Assembly (NCBI GenBank): GCA_012840445.1
Contig: DULI01000006.1
Coordinates: 63,240 to 127,239, forward strand
Length of the DNA stretch: 64,000 nt
Reading direction: 5' to 3'
From: Clostridiales bacterium
GTDB taxonomy: Bacteria > Bacillota > Clostridia > Oscillospirales > Acutalibacteraceae
The notes under the pieces: generated by a model
What the model was told of the DNA's origin: nothing
Databases searched by the model: none
Seen by the model: only the letters and a program-made list of their open reading frames with translations
In this document: positions 9,025 to 18,427 of the stretch, in pieces
Numbering within the stretch: the stretch's first letter is position 1
Layout: the number at the start of each line of letters is the position of its first letter
Made by a program: the position numbers and the translations under genes

Positions 9025-10569
9025 TATATTTTCTTTCTTTAAAAACTTTTCTATAAATATGTTTACAAGATATGGGTCAAACTGTTTGCCCGAGTTTAGC
9101 TCAAATCCCTTGATTATCTGCTCCCGACTTAACGAATTCCGATACGGACGGTCGCTTGACATTGCATCGTAACTGTCAGCAATGGCGACAATCCTTGCAT
9201 ATAGCGGTATCTGGTCACCTTTAAGCCTTCTTGGATACCCTGTCCCGTCATACCGTTCGTGGTGGCAGTAAATATTTTCGGCAATACATTCCAGCCCATC
9301 AACGCTGCGCAGTATCCGGTATCCCAATTCCGGGTGGCTGCGAATTTCCTCCCACTCCTTAACAGTTAGGGAGGTATTTTTATTTATGGTATCCTCGGAA
9401 ATGCCAATTTTGCCAATATCGTGAAGCATTCCTATTCTTTCAATAAAATTAAGCTCATGCTCGTTAAAATCAAGCAGCTGCCCGAATTTCCGGCAAATAG
9501 ACGCAACTTTGTGCGAATGCACCTGCACCAATCGGTTTTTTTCATACAGCGAGCGGATAAGAATATCCAGCGCCGAACTTCTTAAGCTGTTAGAATGCAG
9601 TATCTTGTTGCAGAACATGTTGTCTTCGGCCTTTTTGATTACCCCCCTTATGTCCTGTGTGGGGGTACACTTGCAGGAAATGCCTATAGACACAGACACG
9701 CTGCGGTTTTCAATCTTTATAGCTTTTATTCTTTTGTTAATCCCGTCTATAATGCTCTCGGCAGTAAGCTGGACGGTGGAAGGCATTAAAATAAGTATGT
9801 CATCCCCGCCCATTCTGAAACAGTAGTCGCTGCTGCGTATTTCCTGCTGGACTATTCCGGCAACCTGTTTCAAAACATTGTCGCCGCTAATATACCCATA
9901 TAAATCATTAATGATTTTAATGCCGTCCACATTAATCGACACAGCGGTTATTGGAAGATTGTCCGGGTTATCTATCTGGTCCAATACGGTTGAGTAATAC
10001 TGCCGGGAATACAGCCCGGTAAGCAAATCGTACTGCAATCCCCTCAAAAAGTTCAGATCCGCCGGAGCGGGTGTTACAAGCTGGCAGCACAAAAACGCCT
10101 CGCCGCCGCTGTTTACTATACTGCACATAAAATCAGCCTCGAGTCTGCCGTTGGCTGATTTTAAGTCCGCACGTATAACAAGTTTGCTTATATTTGAAGG
10201 GTATGTAAACAGGTTCATTATCTGCGCATAACTGTCGGTTAAATTTTGCAGATAACCATTGTAGCCCTTGAATCCTGTGCCAACAAGCTCATCAAAGCTT
10301 TTATTTGTCAGACATATTCTGCCCAGACGGTCTATTACTATAAAAGGCAAAGCCGACTCAAAAAAAATATTCCTAAAATATTTCCGTTCCGCTTCTATTT
10401 CAACGACACTTTTTAATACCTCAAGAGCGGTATCTTCCAGATTGTTTTTATGTAAATCAATCCTTTTCAACAATTCTTCGGTGGAAAGATTTGCTAGTGC
10501 GTCTATATTTATACTGCAATTGCCGATAGCGCGCGATATTTTAAGCAACTGGCTTTCGTTATCATGCAC
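9022..10569 (-). CDS. signalling protein with a PAS-like N-terminus, a degenerate GGDEF domain and an HD-GYP domain
   Basis: The GGDEF position reads RMGGDDILIL (GGDDI). HD-GYP motifs MLHDIGKIG and HHERYDGTGYP are present. AAGGAGAG RBS lies 6 nt before the GTG at 10569; the longest ORF starts at 10611. Confidence 0.8.
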   Translation of the reverse strand: MHDNESQLLKISRAIGNCSINIDALANLSTEELLKRIDLHKNNLEDTALEVLKSVVEIEAERKYFRNIFFESALPFIVIDRLGRICLTNKSFDELVGTGFKGYNGYLQNLTDSYAQIMNLFTYPSNISKLVIRADLKSANGRLEADFMCSIVNSGGEAFLCCQLVTPAPADLNFLRGLQYDLLTGLYSRQYYSTVLDQIDNPDNLPITAVSINVDGIKIINDLYGYISGDNVLKQVAGIVQQEIRSSDYCFRMGGDDILILMPSTVQLTAESIIDGINKRIKAIKIENRSVSVSIGISCKCTPTQDIRGVIKKAEDNMFCNKILHSNSLRSSALDILIRSLYEKNRLVQVHSHKVASICRKFGQLLDFNEHELNFIERIGMLHDIGKIGISEDTINKNTSLTVKEWEEIRSHPELGYRILRSVDGLECIAENIYCHHERYDGTGYPRRLKGDQIPLYARIVAIADSYDAMSSDRPYRNSLSREQIIKGFELNSGKQFDPYLVNIFIEKFLKKENI

Positions 10570-10696
10570 ACAAATCTCTCCTTTCCAAAGAAAATCAAAA
10601 AATTGGTACATTGGTACAATATTCTAGGAAATTTTCCTTACAATTATCTCATAATCTACATAAATTGTCAATTATTTAAATCAAAATGTTAAAAAC

Positions 10697-11539
10697 TCAC
10701 ACAAATTTCCGTGAAATTTTTAGAGAAATGTCCAAAGCTTTTACCGAATGGGTCAGAGCACCGATAGAGATTATGTCAACCCCTGTTTCGGCAACTTCCC
10801 TTAAAGATTCGTCAGTAATTCCTCCCGACGCCTCAACCAGCGCCCTAGAGCCTACAATCTCCACTGCCTGCCGCATGGTTTCGCAGTCCATGTTGTCCAG
10901 CATAATCACATCAGCGCCGGCTTTCAGGGCTTCGCGCACCTCGTCAAGGTTTCGGGTCTCTACCTCTATCTTTACCATGTGGCCTGCCTTTTCTCTAAGC
11001 TTTTCGACCGCCCTGGCAATGCCCCCGCAAGCGTCAATGTGGTTATCTTTTATCATTGCCGCGTCCGAAAGGTTAAACCGGTGGTTTTTGCCTCCACCGC
11101 ACACCACGGCATACTTCTGTAGTACTCTCAGTCCTGGCAGGGGTTTCCTTGTGTCAGCAATTACAGCCTTTGTCCCCTCAACAAGCTTTACCGCTTTATG
11201 AGTAGCGGTGGCAACACCCGACAGGTGCTGAACAAAATTCAAAGCGGTACGCTCGCCTTTTAATATGCTGCGGGTGTTTCCCCTGACTTGTGCTATAATA
11301 TCCCCTTTTTTTATTTCATCACCGTCATTTTTATGCTTTTCAAATTCAATATTGCTGTCCAAAAGTTTAAGGACGCGCAGTGCAATGTCAATCCCGCAGA
11401 GTATCCCGTCGGATTTTGCCAGAAAATCAGCAGTAGACACACTTGTCTCCTCAATTAAATAATCGGTCGTAATGTCTAAAAAGTTTATATCTTCATTCAG
11501 CGCAGTTTTAATAATTTGGTCAATATAAAGATTTGTCAA
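10697..11539 (-). CDS. nadC: nicotinate-nucleotide diphosphorylase (carboxylating)
   Basis: 280 aa with a typical QPRTase sequence (ERTALNFVQHLSGVAT, DNHI, IMLDNM). Start overlaps the nadB stop. Confidence 0.9.
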   Translation of the reverse strand: MTNLYIDQIIKTALNEDINFLDITTDYLIEETSVSTADFLAKSDGILCGIDIALRVLKLLDSNIEFEKHKNDGDEIKKGDIIAQVRGNTRSILKGERTALNFVQHLSGVATATHKAVKLVEGTKAVIADTRKPLPGLRVLQKYAVVCGGGKNHRFNLSDAAMIKDNHIDACGGIARAVEKLREKAGHMVKIEVETRNLDEVREALKAGADVIMLDNMDCETMRQAVEIVGSRALVEASGGITDESLREVAETGVDIISIGALTHSVKALDISLKISRKFV

Positions 11540-12984
11540 TGGTGTACAACCTCCCTTAAAATTATTCCCGCCACCGTAGCAAGGTTTTTGGCCTCGCAGT
11601 AATCAACTGTTATTGCAAATTTATATCTTTTCAGACGATTTTCAATTTCACTGACCTGTACAAGCCCCCGTTCGGCCGCATCAAGATCGGGCAACACAAA
11701 ATATGCCCGCTGCATAATCTCCCTCACTGTGGTTCGGGTCCCAACAGGCAGCGGCGCCCCGTCATAATCCCGGACAGGGGGGCTACCTGCAAGGTTTCCG
11801 TCAGATCTAGCCCTAATCATAATATCCTGCGCAGCCCGCCTCCCGAATACCAGCGCTTCAAGCAGGGAATTGGATGCCAGCCTGTTTTTGCCGTGCACAC
11901 CCGTATGGGAACATTCGCCAACGGCATACAGCCTGTCCACCCTAGTCCTTGCGTTAAGGTCCACATCTATACCGCCCATCAAATAATGCTGGCATGGGAA
12001 TACGGGTATCGGCTGTTTGGTAATATCCACTCCCTCATTTAGGCAGTGGGCGTAAATTGTCGGAAAGCGCTTCTTTATATACTCCGGGTTTCTAAAGGTA
12101 ATATCAAGATAAAACCGCTCGTTTCCGGTACGGCGGGATTCAAGAATTATGGCTTTGGACACAACATCCCTCGGGGCCAGCTCCTCACGCTCATCATACC
12201 GGTGCATAAACCTTTCCTTGTCGCTGTTAAGCAGCACTGCACCCTCGCCCCTTACCGCCTCGCTTATCAAAAACCGCTCACGGCCAGGTTCGGCAAAGGC
12301 GGTGGGGTGGAACTGAACATAATGTAAATTTTTAATCTTGGCCCCAAGCTCGTACGCCAAGGCAACCCCGTCGCCCGTTGCGATTTTGGAGTTCGTGGTA
12401 TATTTATATACCCTGCCAATCCCTCCGGTGGCCAAGATCACATAAGGCGCGGCTACTACAGAAAACACGCCGTCTTTTAATATAGTCGCGTAAAACCCCC
12501 CCTGGGTTTCGTCAAGAAAGCAAACAAAGGCATTTTCTACTATTTCAATGTTTTCTTTCTGTCTAACAGCTTCAATTAAAACGCGCATTAACTCCTGGCC
12601 GGTGGCGTCCTTATAGTGGACAATCCTCCTGCGACTGTGGCCACCTTCAAGGGTCATGTTAAGCTGGTCGCCAGACTTGTCAAATCTTGCCCCAAGCTCA
12701 ATCATTTTGCGGACATCCGAAGGGCCCTCCTCCACCAAAACCTTGACAGCCTCCGGACGATTTTCATATCCCCCCGCCACCATGGTATCTTTATAATGGC
12801 ATTCGAAGCTGTCGGTTTCGGTATCAAGTACTGCCGCGACACCGCCTTGCGCCAGCGAGCTGTTGCAAAGTGAAAGCTCCCGCTTGGCCGCCACCAGCAC
12901 ATTGACATTGCTGTCAAAATTCAGTGCGGCATAAAGCCCCGCAACTCCCCCGCCGACAATTATGACATCATATTTGTCACGCAT
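11536..12984 (-). CDS. nadB: L-aspartate oxidase
   Basis: FAD fold DVIIVGGGVAGL is present, along with NadB/succinate-dehydrogenase-flavoprotein-like motifs (SLAQGGVAA, HPTA, GECSHTGVHGKNRLASNSLLE). Confidence 0.9.
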   Translation of the reverse strand: MRDKYDVIIVGGGVAGLYAALNFDSNVNVLVAAKRELSLCNSSLAQGGVAAVLDTETDSFECHYKDTMVAGGYENRPEAVKVLVEEGPSDVRKMIELGARFDKSGDQLNMTLEGGHSRRRIVHYKDATGQELMRVLIEAVRQKENIEIVENAFVCFLDETQGGFYATILKDGVFSVVAAPYVILATGGIGRVYKYTTNSKIATGDGVALAYELGAKIKNLHYVQFHPTAFAEPGRERFLISEAVRGEGAVLLNSDKERFMHRYDEREELAPRDVVSKAIILESRRTGNERFYLDITFRNPEYIKKRFPTIYAHCLNEGVDITKQPIPVFPCQHYLMGGIDVDLNARTRVDRLYAVGECSHTGVHGKNRLASNSLLEALVFGRRAAQDIMIRARSDGNLAGSPPVRDYDGAPLPVGTRTTVREIMQRAYFVLPDLDAAERGLVQVSEIENRLKRYKFAITVDYCEAKNLATVAGIILREVVHH

Positions 12985-13080
12985 TAATTAGCGCCTCCGA
13001 ATTAAAAAACCAATTCTATCTGTTAAAATGTTATTTTACCATAATTTTATCAACTATTAAAGCTGCTTTTAAAAAACTTA

Positions 13081-13106
13081 AAAAAACGACCGTCAAACGG
13101 TCGTTC
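13081..13106 (-). terminator. intrinsic terminator ending the oxidoreductase/isomerase operon
   Basis: On the minus strand: AACGACCG-TTTGA-CGGTCGTT followed by TTTTTTT. Confidence 0.65.
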
Positions 13107-13108
13107 TA

Positions 13109-14128
13109 TTATATTATAATTCTTCGTTTTTCTGCGGCCGATCGGTATATCAAGCACAGCAGTTTTTGCGTTTTTATGGCTTCGTCAAGCCCCTGCCTTA
13201 CGGTTTCACCAATCTGATCTTCGTAAAACTCCTTTATCTGAAGATAGTGGGAACATCCCCAAACCGGCTTGCACTTATTAAATTTAATATCATCTATATC
13301 ATGAGAAGTCAAAACGCTACCGTCTTTAAATTTAATTGTGCCCTTTTCCCCTTCAATACGGGCAAATGCGTTTTCAAAATACATTTCAATGCGTACCGGG
13401 GTATCAAGCACAAAATTATTTGTAAAGTAAAAAAGTGCCTTTGACCCGTTGTCAAAACCAATACAGCCTTCCGCCGTATCTTCCACCTCTATGTCGGCGC
13501 CGGTCCTTTTGGCGGTGGAAGCCTCCACGGTACTTACCTCATGGGGTATCAGCCAGCGGATTAGGTCCAGCGTGTGTATCGCCTGATTTATCAGCACGCC
13601 GCCTCCCTCGGTGGCAAGTTTCCCACGCCAGTCGGCCGAAAGATAATAATCGGCATTCCTACACCAGGCAAGACTGCACTTTGCCCCCAGAAAACTTCCA
13701 AGTTTGCCGCTTTGTATATGCTCCTTGACAAACACAGAACCTGGGTTGTAGCGGTTTTGAAAAATTACGCCAAGCTTTCTGCCGCACCTTTCGGCAGCCT
13801 GCCGCATTTTGCACGCGTCTTCGAAGCTGATGGAAATGGGTTTTTCACACAGCACATCAACGTAATTTTCCAGCGCATATACCGCGACAGGATAATGAAG
13901 GTAATGGGGCAAGCAAATATGCACGGCCGAAAGGGCCTCCCTTTTAATCATTTCCTTATAATCGGAATAGGCTCTTCCGCCGTATTTTTGGGAAGCCCTT
14001 TCAGCCCGTGCATAGTCAATATCACAAAATGCAGCAATTTCAACCTGCTCAATATGCTGCAGCGACTGGGCGTGGACATCGTAAATATTGCCGCAGCCTA
14101 TTATCCCAACCTTTGTTTTACTCAACAA
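13109..14128 (-). CDS. Gfo/Idh/MocA family oxidoreductase
   Basis: N-terminal Rossmann motif KVGIIGCGNIYDVHA and the EKP motif (LCEKPIS). Confidence 0.85.
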   Translation of the reverse strand: MLSKTKVGIIGCGNIYDVHAQSLQHIEQVEIAAFCDIDYARAERASQKYGGRAYSDYKEMIKREALSAVHICLPHYLHYPVAVYALENYVDVLCEKPISISFEDACKMRQAAERCGRKLGVIFQNRYNPGSVFVKEHIQSGKLGSFLGAKCSLAWCRNADYYLSADWRGKLATEGGGVLINQAIHTLDLIRWLIPHEVSTVEASTAKRTGADIEVEDTAEGCIGFDNGSKALFYFTNNFVLDTPVRIEMYFENAFARIEGEKGTIKFKDGSVLTSHDIDDIKFNKCKPVWGCSHYLQIKEFYEDQIGETVRQGLDEAIKTQKLLCLIYRSAAEKRRIII

Positions 14129-14146
14129 TAACTCCCCGATACATAT

Positions 14147-15193
14147 TTAGATATCGACAGCAACCGAATGACCGGTTTCGGCCGATTTAAAGGCCGCTTC
14201 AATTACCTTCATAACGCGAAGCAGCTGGCCGGGCTTAACAAACAGTTCTTCCTTGTTGTCTATTGCGGCGGCGACATTTCTGTAAAAGTTTACCCAATCG
14301 CCCTCTGCTTTTTCTATCTTATATTCCGACAATGTCTCTTTGGGACGGGGCGCCATGGTGCGGGTTGGGCCCGCTTTGGTCTGCACCACTTCAGGTTCCC
14401 ATTCCATGCCTATCTCAGAGGAATGGACCACCGTTCCGTTGCAGTCCCAATCATTAATAATCAGCGACCCCTTTGTGCCGTTTACATACCAGCGCGGCTT
14501 AGGTTTCAGGCAGTATGTACCCACCTCAAGTTGGGCGGTTAGACCGCTTTCAAAACGCAAAATAAGCTTAAAATAGTCATCGACTTCCTGGGTCTTAACC
14601 GACACAAGCTGACAGTGCACATCCACTACCTTCTGGTCAATCATCAGCATAATCTGGTCAATCAGGTGAATTCCCCAGTCATAAAGCATTCCGCCGCCGG
14701 CTACTTTATATGCCCTCCAGCCATGGACAACTCCGCCGGAACCGTGTACACAGGACTCAATCGTATAGGGTGTTCCAACCGCATCATTTTCAAGTTCCTT
14801 TTTTACGGTCAGGAAATCACTGTCCCAGCGGCGGTTATGGTGGACGGTAAACAACCTGCTGCATTGCCTGGCGGTTTCAAGTATTTCCTCCAGTTCCGCA
14901 ACATTTAAGGTAACTGGTTTTTCGCAAACCACATGGTATCCGGCTTTAAGTGCCGCACAGCTTAAATCTTTGTGGAAATTGTTTGGAGTGGCTACCAAAA
15001 CGATATCGAAAAGCTTGGAATCTAAAAATTCCTTTAAGTCGTAAAAGCCTTTAAGCCCGTTTTTCTCGGCTACACGTACCCTTTCAGGGTCGATATCGTA
15101 GGCTGCAGCTGCTGTAATACAACCAGTCTTTGCGACATTGTTATGATGCCAAACCGCCATTCCACCGTAACCAATTATTCCAATTTTGTGCAT
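14147..15193 (-). CDS. Gfo/Idh/MocA family oxidoreductase
   Basis: MHKIGIIGYGGMAVWHH and VCEKPVT motifs. 348 aa. Confidence 0.85.
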   Translation of the reverse strand: MHKIGIIGYGGMAVWHHNNVAKTGCITAAAAYDIDPERVRVAEKNGLKGFYDLKEFLDSKLFDIVLVATPNNFHKDLSCAALKAGYHVVCEKPVTLNVAELEEILETARQCSRLFTVHHNRRWDSDFLTVKKELENDAVGTPYTIESCVHGSGGVVHGWRAYKVAGGGMLYDWGIHLIDQIMLMIDQKVVDVHCQLVSVKTQEVDDYFKLILRFESGLTAQLEVGTYCLKPKPRWYVNGTKGSLIINDWDCNGTVVHSSEIGMEWEPEVVQTKAGPTRTMAPRPKETLSEYKIEKAEGDWVNFYRNVAAAIDNKEELFVKPGQLLRVMKVIEAAFKSAETGHSVAVDI

Positions 15194-15271
15194 TAATATT
15201 CAACCCCAAAATAAACTAATAAAAACCAACATTAACTATAATAATCTCTTTTTTTTGAATGTCAATAGCTT

Positions 15272-16234
15272 TTATGCCCACCACATCTCGCCGGCGGTTT
15301 CATAAATCAGTACAGACTTTAAGAACTCAACAGCCTTTTCAAGCCCTTCTTTGGCGGACATCAGCCCATCCTCATGCTCGATACTGACAGCGCCGTCGTA
15401 TCCTACCGTGCGCAGCATGCTGATCATATCCTTCCAGTACTTGGTGTCATTGCCGTAGCCTACGGTCCTGAATACCCACGAACGGTTCAGGATATCCCCG
15501 TAGCCCTTTGTATCCAGCACACCGTTTACGGCGGTATTGCGCCTGTCAACCCTCGTGTCCTTTGCATGGAAGTGATAAATGGCTCTTCCCAGTGCGCGGA
15601 TGGCTTCGCACGGGTCAATGCCCTGCCAGATTAAATGGCTTGGATCAAAGTTTGCACCAATTATATCGCCTACAGCGCTACGGAGTTTCAGCAGTGTCTC
15701 GGGGTTGTATACACAAAAACCGGGATGCATTTCAAAGGCTATCTTTTTAACACCGTACTTTTTGGCGGTTTCGGCAGTATCTTTCCAGTAGGCAATCAGC
15801 TTTTCCCACTGGTACTCCAAAACTTTAAGGAAATCATCCGGCCAGGGGCAGGTTACCCAGTTGGGATACTTTGCGTTATCACTGTCCCCCGGGCAGCCCG
15901 AAAACCCGATAACCGTATCTACTTCAAGCTCGTTTGCAAGCTGAAGCGTCTTCACAAAATCGGAATGAAAACCCTCGGCAATCTCCCTGTTGGGATGCAG
16001 CGGGTTTCCGTGGCAGCTTAACGCCGAAATTTCAATATTGTTGTCCTTAAGCAGTTGCTTAATTTCGTCTATTTTATCCTTATTGCCAAGAAGTTTATCA
16101 GGGTCCAGGTGGCTTTTGCCCGGATAGCCGCCTGCACCAAGCTCTACTGTCTGAACACCTAAGCTTGAAAGGTATTCCAAAGCCTCTTTTAGCGACATCA
16201 TCTGAACGACGGGTGTAAAAACTCCAAGCTTCAT
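15272..16234 (-). CDS. sugar phosphate isomerase/epimerase (xylose-isomerase-like TIM barrel)
   Basis: 320 aa. Pattern typical of the AP_endonuc_2 family: LGVQTVELG..., FEMHPG, FDPSHL, VSIEHED. Confidence 0.85.
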   Translation of the reverse strand: MKLGVFTPVVQMMSLKEALEYLSSLGVQTVELGAGGYPGKSHLDPDKLLGNKDKIDEIKQLLKDNNIEISALSCHGNPLHPNREIAEGFHSDFVKTLQLANELEVDTVIGFSGCPGDSDNAKYPNWVTCPWPDDFLKVLEYQWEKLIAYWKDTAETAKKYGVKKIAFEMHPGFCVYNPETLLKLRSAVGDIIGANFDPSHLIWQGIDPCEAIRALGRAIYHFHAKDTRVDRRNTAVNGVLDTKGYGDILNRSWVFRTVGYGNDTKYWKDMISMLRTVGYDGAVSIEHEDGLMSAKEGLEKAVEFLKSVLIYETAGEMWWA

Positions 16235-16267
16235 ATCAATTCTCCTTACTAAGAATAAATTATGTAA

Positions 16268-17002
16268 CTACAGTTTTAACAGATACTCAATGTTCACGCG
16301 TGCCGACTCTAAGCTTGAGTGCTTATACTCTTCCTGTTCAACAATGAAATGCTTAACTCCAAGTCCTAATCCCTGTTCTATCAGCCGCTTCATATCGATA
16401 GAGCCGTCGGGCAAATCGACATTTTTCTTATTCTCTCCGATTTGTTTTAAATGAAGCAGCTCGGTCCTGTCGGAGTGCTTTCTCAAATACTCAAAACAGT
16501 CAACCCCGGCATATTCCGCCCAGTAAACATCAAGCTCCAGTTTCACAAGGTCGGCCTGCGTCCTGTCCATTATATGGTCAAGGTAAAAACGTCCTTCATG
16601 TTTTTCAAACTCATGGGCATGGTTGTGGTATCCGACCTTAATACCGTAAGATTTGCAGATTTCCCCTGCGGTATTAAGCACTTCTGACAGAACATTGACC
16701 TCGTCAATACTCGCTGCTTTGTACCACGGGCAGACGATATATTCTGCACCTATTATATTGTGGTACTCGATTTGCCTTTTAAGGTTATCGCCTTTAAGTT
16801 CGTCAAACCCGACATGGGATGCAACCGCCTTAAGGCCGAAGGAGTCAAGGCAGGACTTCATGTCCTTTGCTGAAATGCCGCCAAACCCTGCAAACTCAGC
16901 TCCCAAATACCCCATATTTGCCAGCTGTTTCAGCGTGCCCACGAAATCCTTCTCAGTCACATCCCGCACCGAATACAGCTGTATAGAAAATTGTGTGTTC
17001 AT
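16268..17002 (-). CDS. sugar phosphate isomerase/epimerase (xylose-isomerase-like TIM barrel)
   Basis: 244 aa. Contains FSIQLYSVRD, GYLGAEFAG, YHNHAHEF and FIVEQE. Confidence 0.85.
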   Translation of the reverse strand: MNTQFSIQLYSVRDVTEKDFVGTLKQLANMGYLGAEFAGFGGISAKDMKSCLDSFGLKAVASHVGFDELKGDNLKRQIEYHNIIGAEYIVCPWYKAASIDEVNVLSEVLNTAGEICKSYGIKVGYHNHAHEFEKHEGRFYLDHIMDRTQADLVKLELDVYWAEYAGVDCFEYLRKHSDRTELLHLKQIGENKKNVDLPDGSIDMKRLIEQGLGLGVKHFIVEQEEYKHSSLESARVNIEYLLKL

Positions 17003-17020
17003 GGCTTTTCCCTTCCGCTA

Positions 17021-18103
17021 TTAATCAAAATCAATTTGTTTGCCGGTTTTTGCCGACTCGTATATTGCCTCAAGTATCTGGGTTACAACCAATGCCTGTT
17101 CGGGCTTTACCATGGGTTCTTTATCCTGTAAAATCGCGTCAATCCAAAGCCTTGCCTCAAGGTCTCCCGCAGACATGTTGGCATTTCCCTCATAGAAAGC
17201 CACACCGCCGCTGTTAAGGTCGGGTTTTATAACAACCTGCCTGTTTAAATCGACCTTATTAATACGCAATCCGTCGCGCATATCAGCTCCCGCTTTGGTG
17301 CCGCAAAGGGTGGTCTGAGCCTCTCCCACTTCAAGGGTGTTAAGCGCCCAGCTGGATTCAAGTATAATTGTGGCACCGTCTTCCATCTGAATAAATCCAA
17401 AAGCCGAATCCTCAACGGTAAATTTCTCGGGATCCCAGTCGCCCCAGGCATTGCCGGTGTTCCTCTGGTTGCTCAGTTTCTTGAATACGCTGCCCTTTAC
17501 CGATTTGGGTTTGTAATTGTCCATAAACCAAAGAGTAAGGTCCAGCGCGTGGGTTCCAATGTCAATAAGCGGACCGCCGCCCTGTTTTTCTTCATCCAGG
17601 AATACGCCCCATGTTGGTACCGCGCGGCGGCGAAGCGCATGTGCCTTTGCAAAGTAAATTTCGCCCAGGTCTCCGCGCTCGCAGGCAGCCTTAAGATACA
17701 GGCTGTCGGACCTGAACCTGTTCTGATATCCGATTGTCAGTTTCTTGCCGGTCCTTTTTGCGGCCTCAACCATTGCAAGGGCTTCCTTGTAGGTTTTGGC
17801 CATTGGCTTTTCGCACATAACATGCTTGCCGGCCTCGAGGGCTTCAACAGTCATGTAAGAGTGGTCCTTGTTTGGGGTTAAAACATGCACCACGTCAATT
17901 GACGGATCTTTAAGCAGTTCCTTGTAGTCGGTGTATACCTTGGCATCGGGCGTGCCGTACTCCTTGGCTGCCTTTTCTGCCCTCTCAACGATAATATCGC
18001 AAAACGCGGTCATTTCAACCTCGGGGATTTTTTTGAGCGCGGGCATATGCTTGCCGTTGGCAATACCTCCGCAGCCGATAATTCCTACCTTTAGCTTTTT
18101 CAT
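17021..18103 (-). CDS. Gfo/Idh/MocA family oxidoreductase
   Basis: MKKLKVGIIGCGGIANGKH and MCEKPMA motifs. GGAGG RBS precedes the ATG. Confidence 0.85.
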   Translation of the reverse strand: MKKLKVGIIGCGGIANGKHMPALKKIPEVEMTAFCDIIVERAEKAAKEYGTPDAKVYTDYKELLKDPSIDVVHVLTPNKDHSYMTVEALEAGKHVMCEKPMAKTYKEALAMVEAAKRTGKKLTIGYQNRFRSDSLYLKAACERGDLGEIYFAKAHALRRRAVPTWGVFLDEEKQGGGPLIDIGTHALDLTLWFMDNYKPKSVKGSVFKKLSNQRNTGNAWGDWDPEKFTVEDSAFGFIQMEDGATIILESSWALNTLEVGEAQTTLCGTKAGADMRDGLRINKVDLNRQVVIKPDLNSGGVAFYEGNANMSAGDLEARLWIDAILQDKEPMVKPEQALVVTQILEAIYESAKTGKQIDFD

Positions 18104-18223
18104 ATTGTCAGCCTCCTATTTTTAAGTATTAATACCCATTGTGTTATAAAAATTTTAGCACACCAGGAGTAATATTCAAGTCAAATAATGTTGACTGAAG
18201 GACATTTTCTGCTATCTTTAAAC

Positions 18224-18258
18224 AAAAAACCGGGCACCCGGCGAAAATGCCGGGTGCC
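18224..18258 (-). terminator. intrinsic terminator (minus-strand orientation)
   Basis: 10-bp stem GGCACCCGGC / GCCGGGTGCC with a 6-nt loop. On the minus strand it is followed by CGGTTTTTT. Confidence 0.65.
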
Positions 18259-18427
18259 TTTATATTAAAGGGGCATATTGGGTCGGTTCCCTAAGGATGG
18301 AACGCGGTCCATCACCGGCCACTGGGCCCATATCGCCCCTTGTAACATAGTATGCTGATATGAAAATTGATGTTAAACAATATAGGCGCAAGCGACAAAA
18401 TTAAATATTCTCAAAAATCTTTTTAAA

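Noticed and set aside
10686-11201. 171-aa plus-strand ORF
   Set aside because: It is an antisense shadow of nadC.
13574-14131. 185-aa plus-strand ORF (also 13435-13728 and 14168-14908)
   Set aside because: They are antisense shadows of the Gfo/Idh/MocA genes.
18268-18348. 27-codon minus-strand ORF (MLQGAIWAQWPVMDRVPSLGNRPNMPL) inside the GC-rich hairpin
   Set aside because: It has no Shine-Dalgarno, and the sequence is better explained by RNA secondary structure.
18259-18350. Assignment of the hairpin to a known riboswitch class (guanidine-I/II, ZTP, fluoride, c-di-GMP)
   Set aside because: The conserved cores of these classes, as I recall them, are not present. It is left unassigned.
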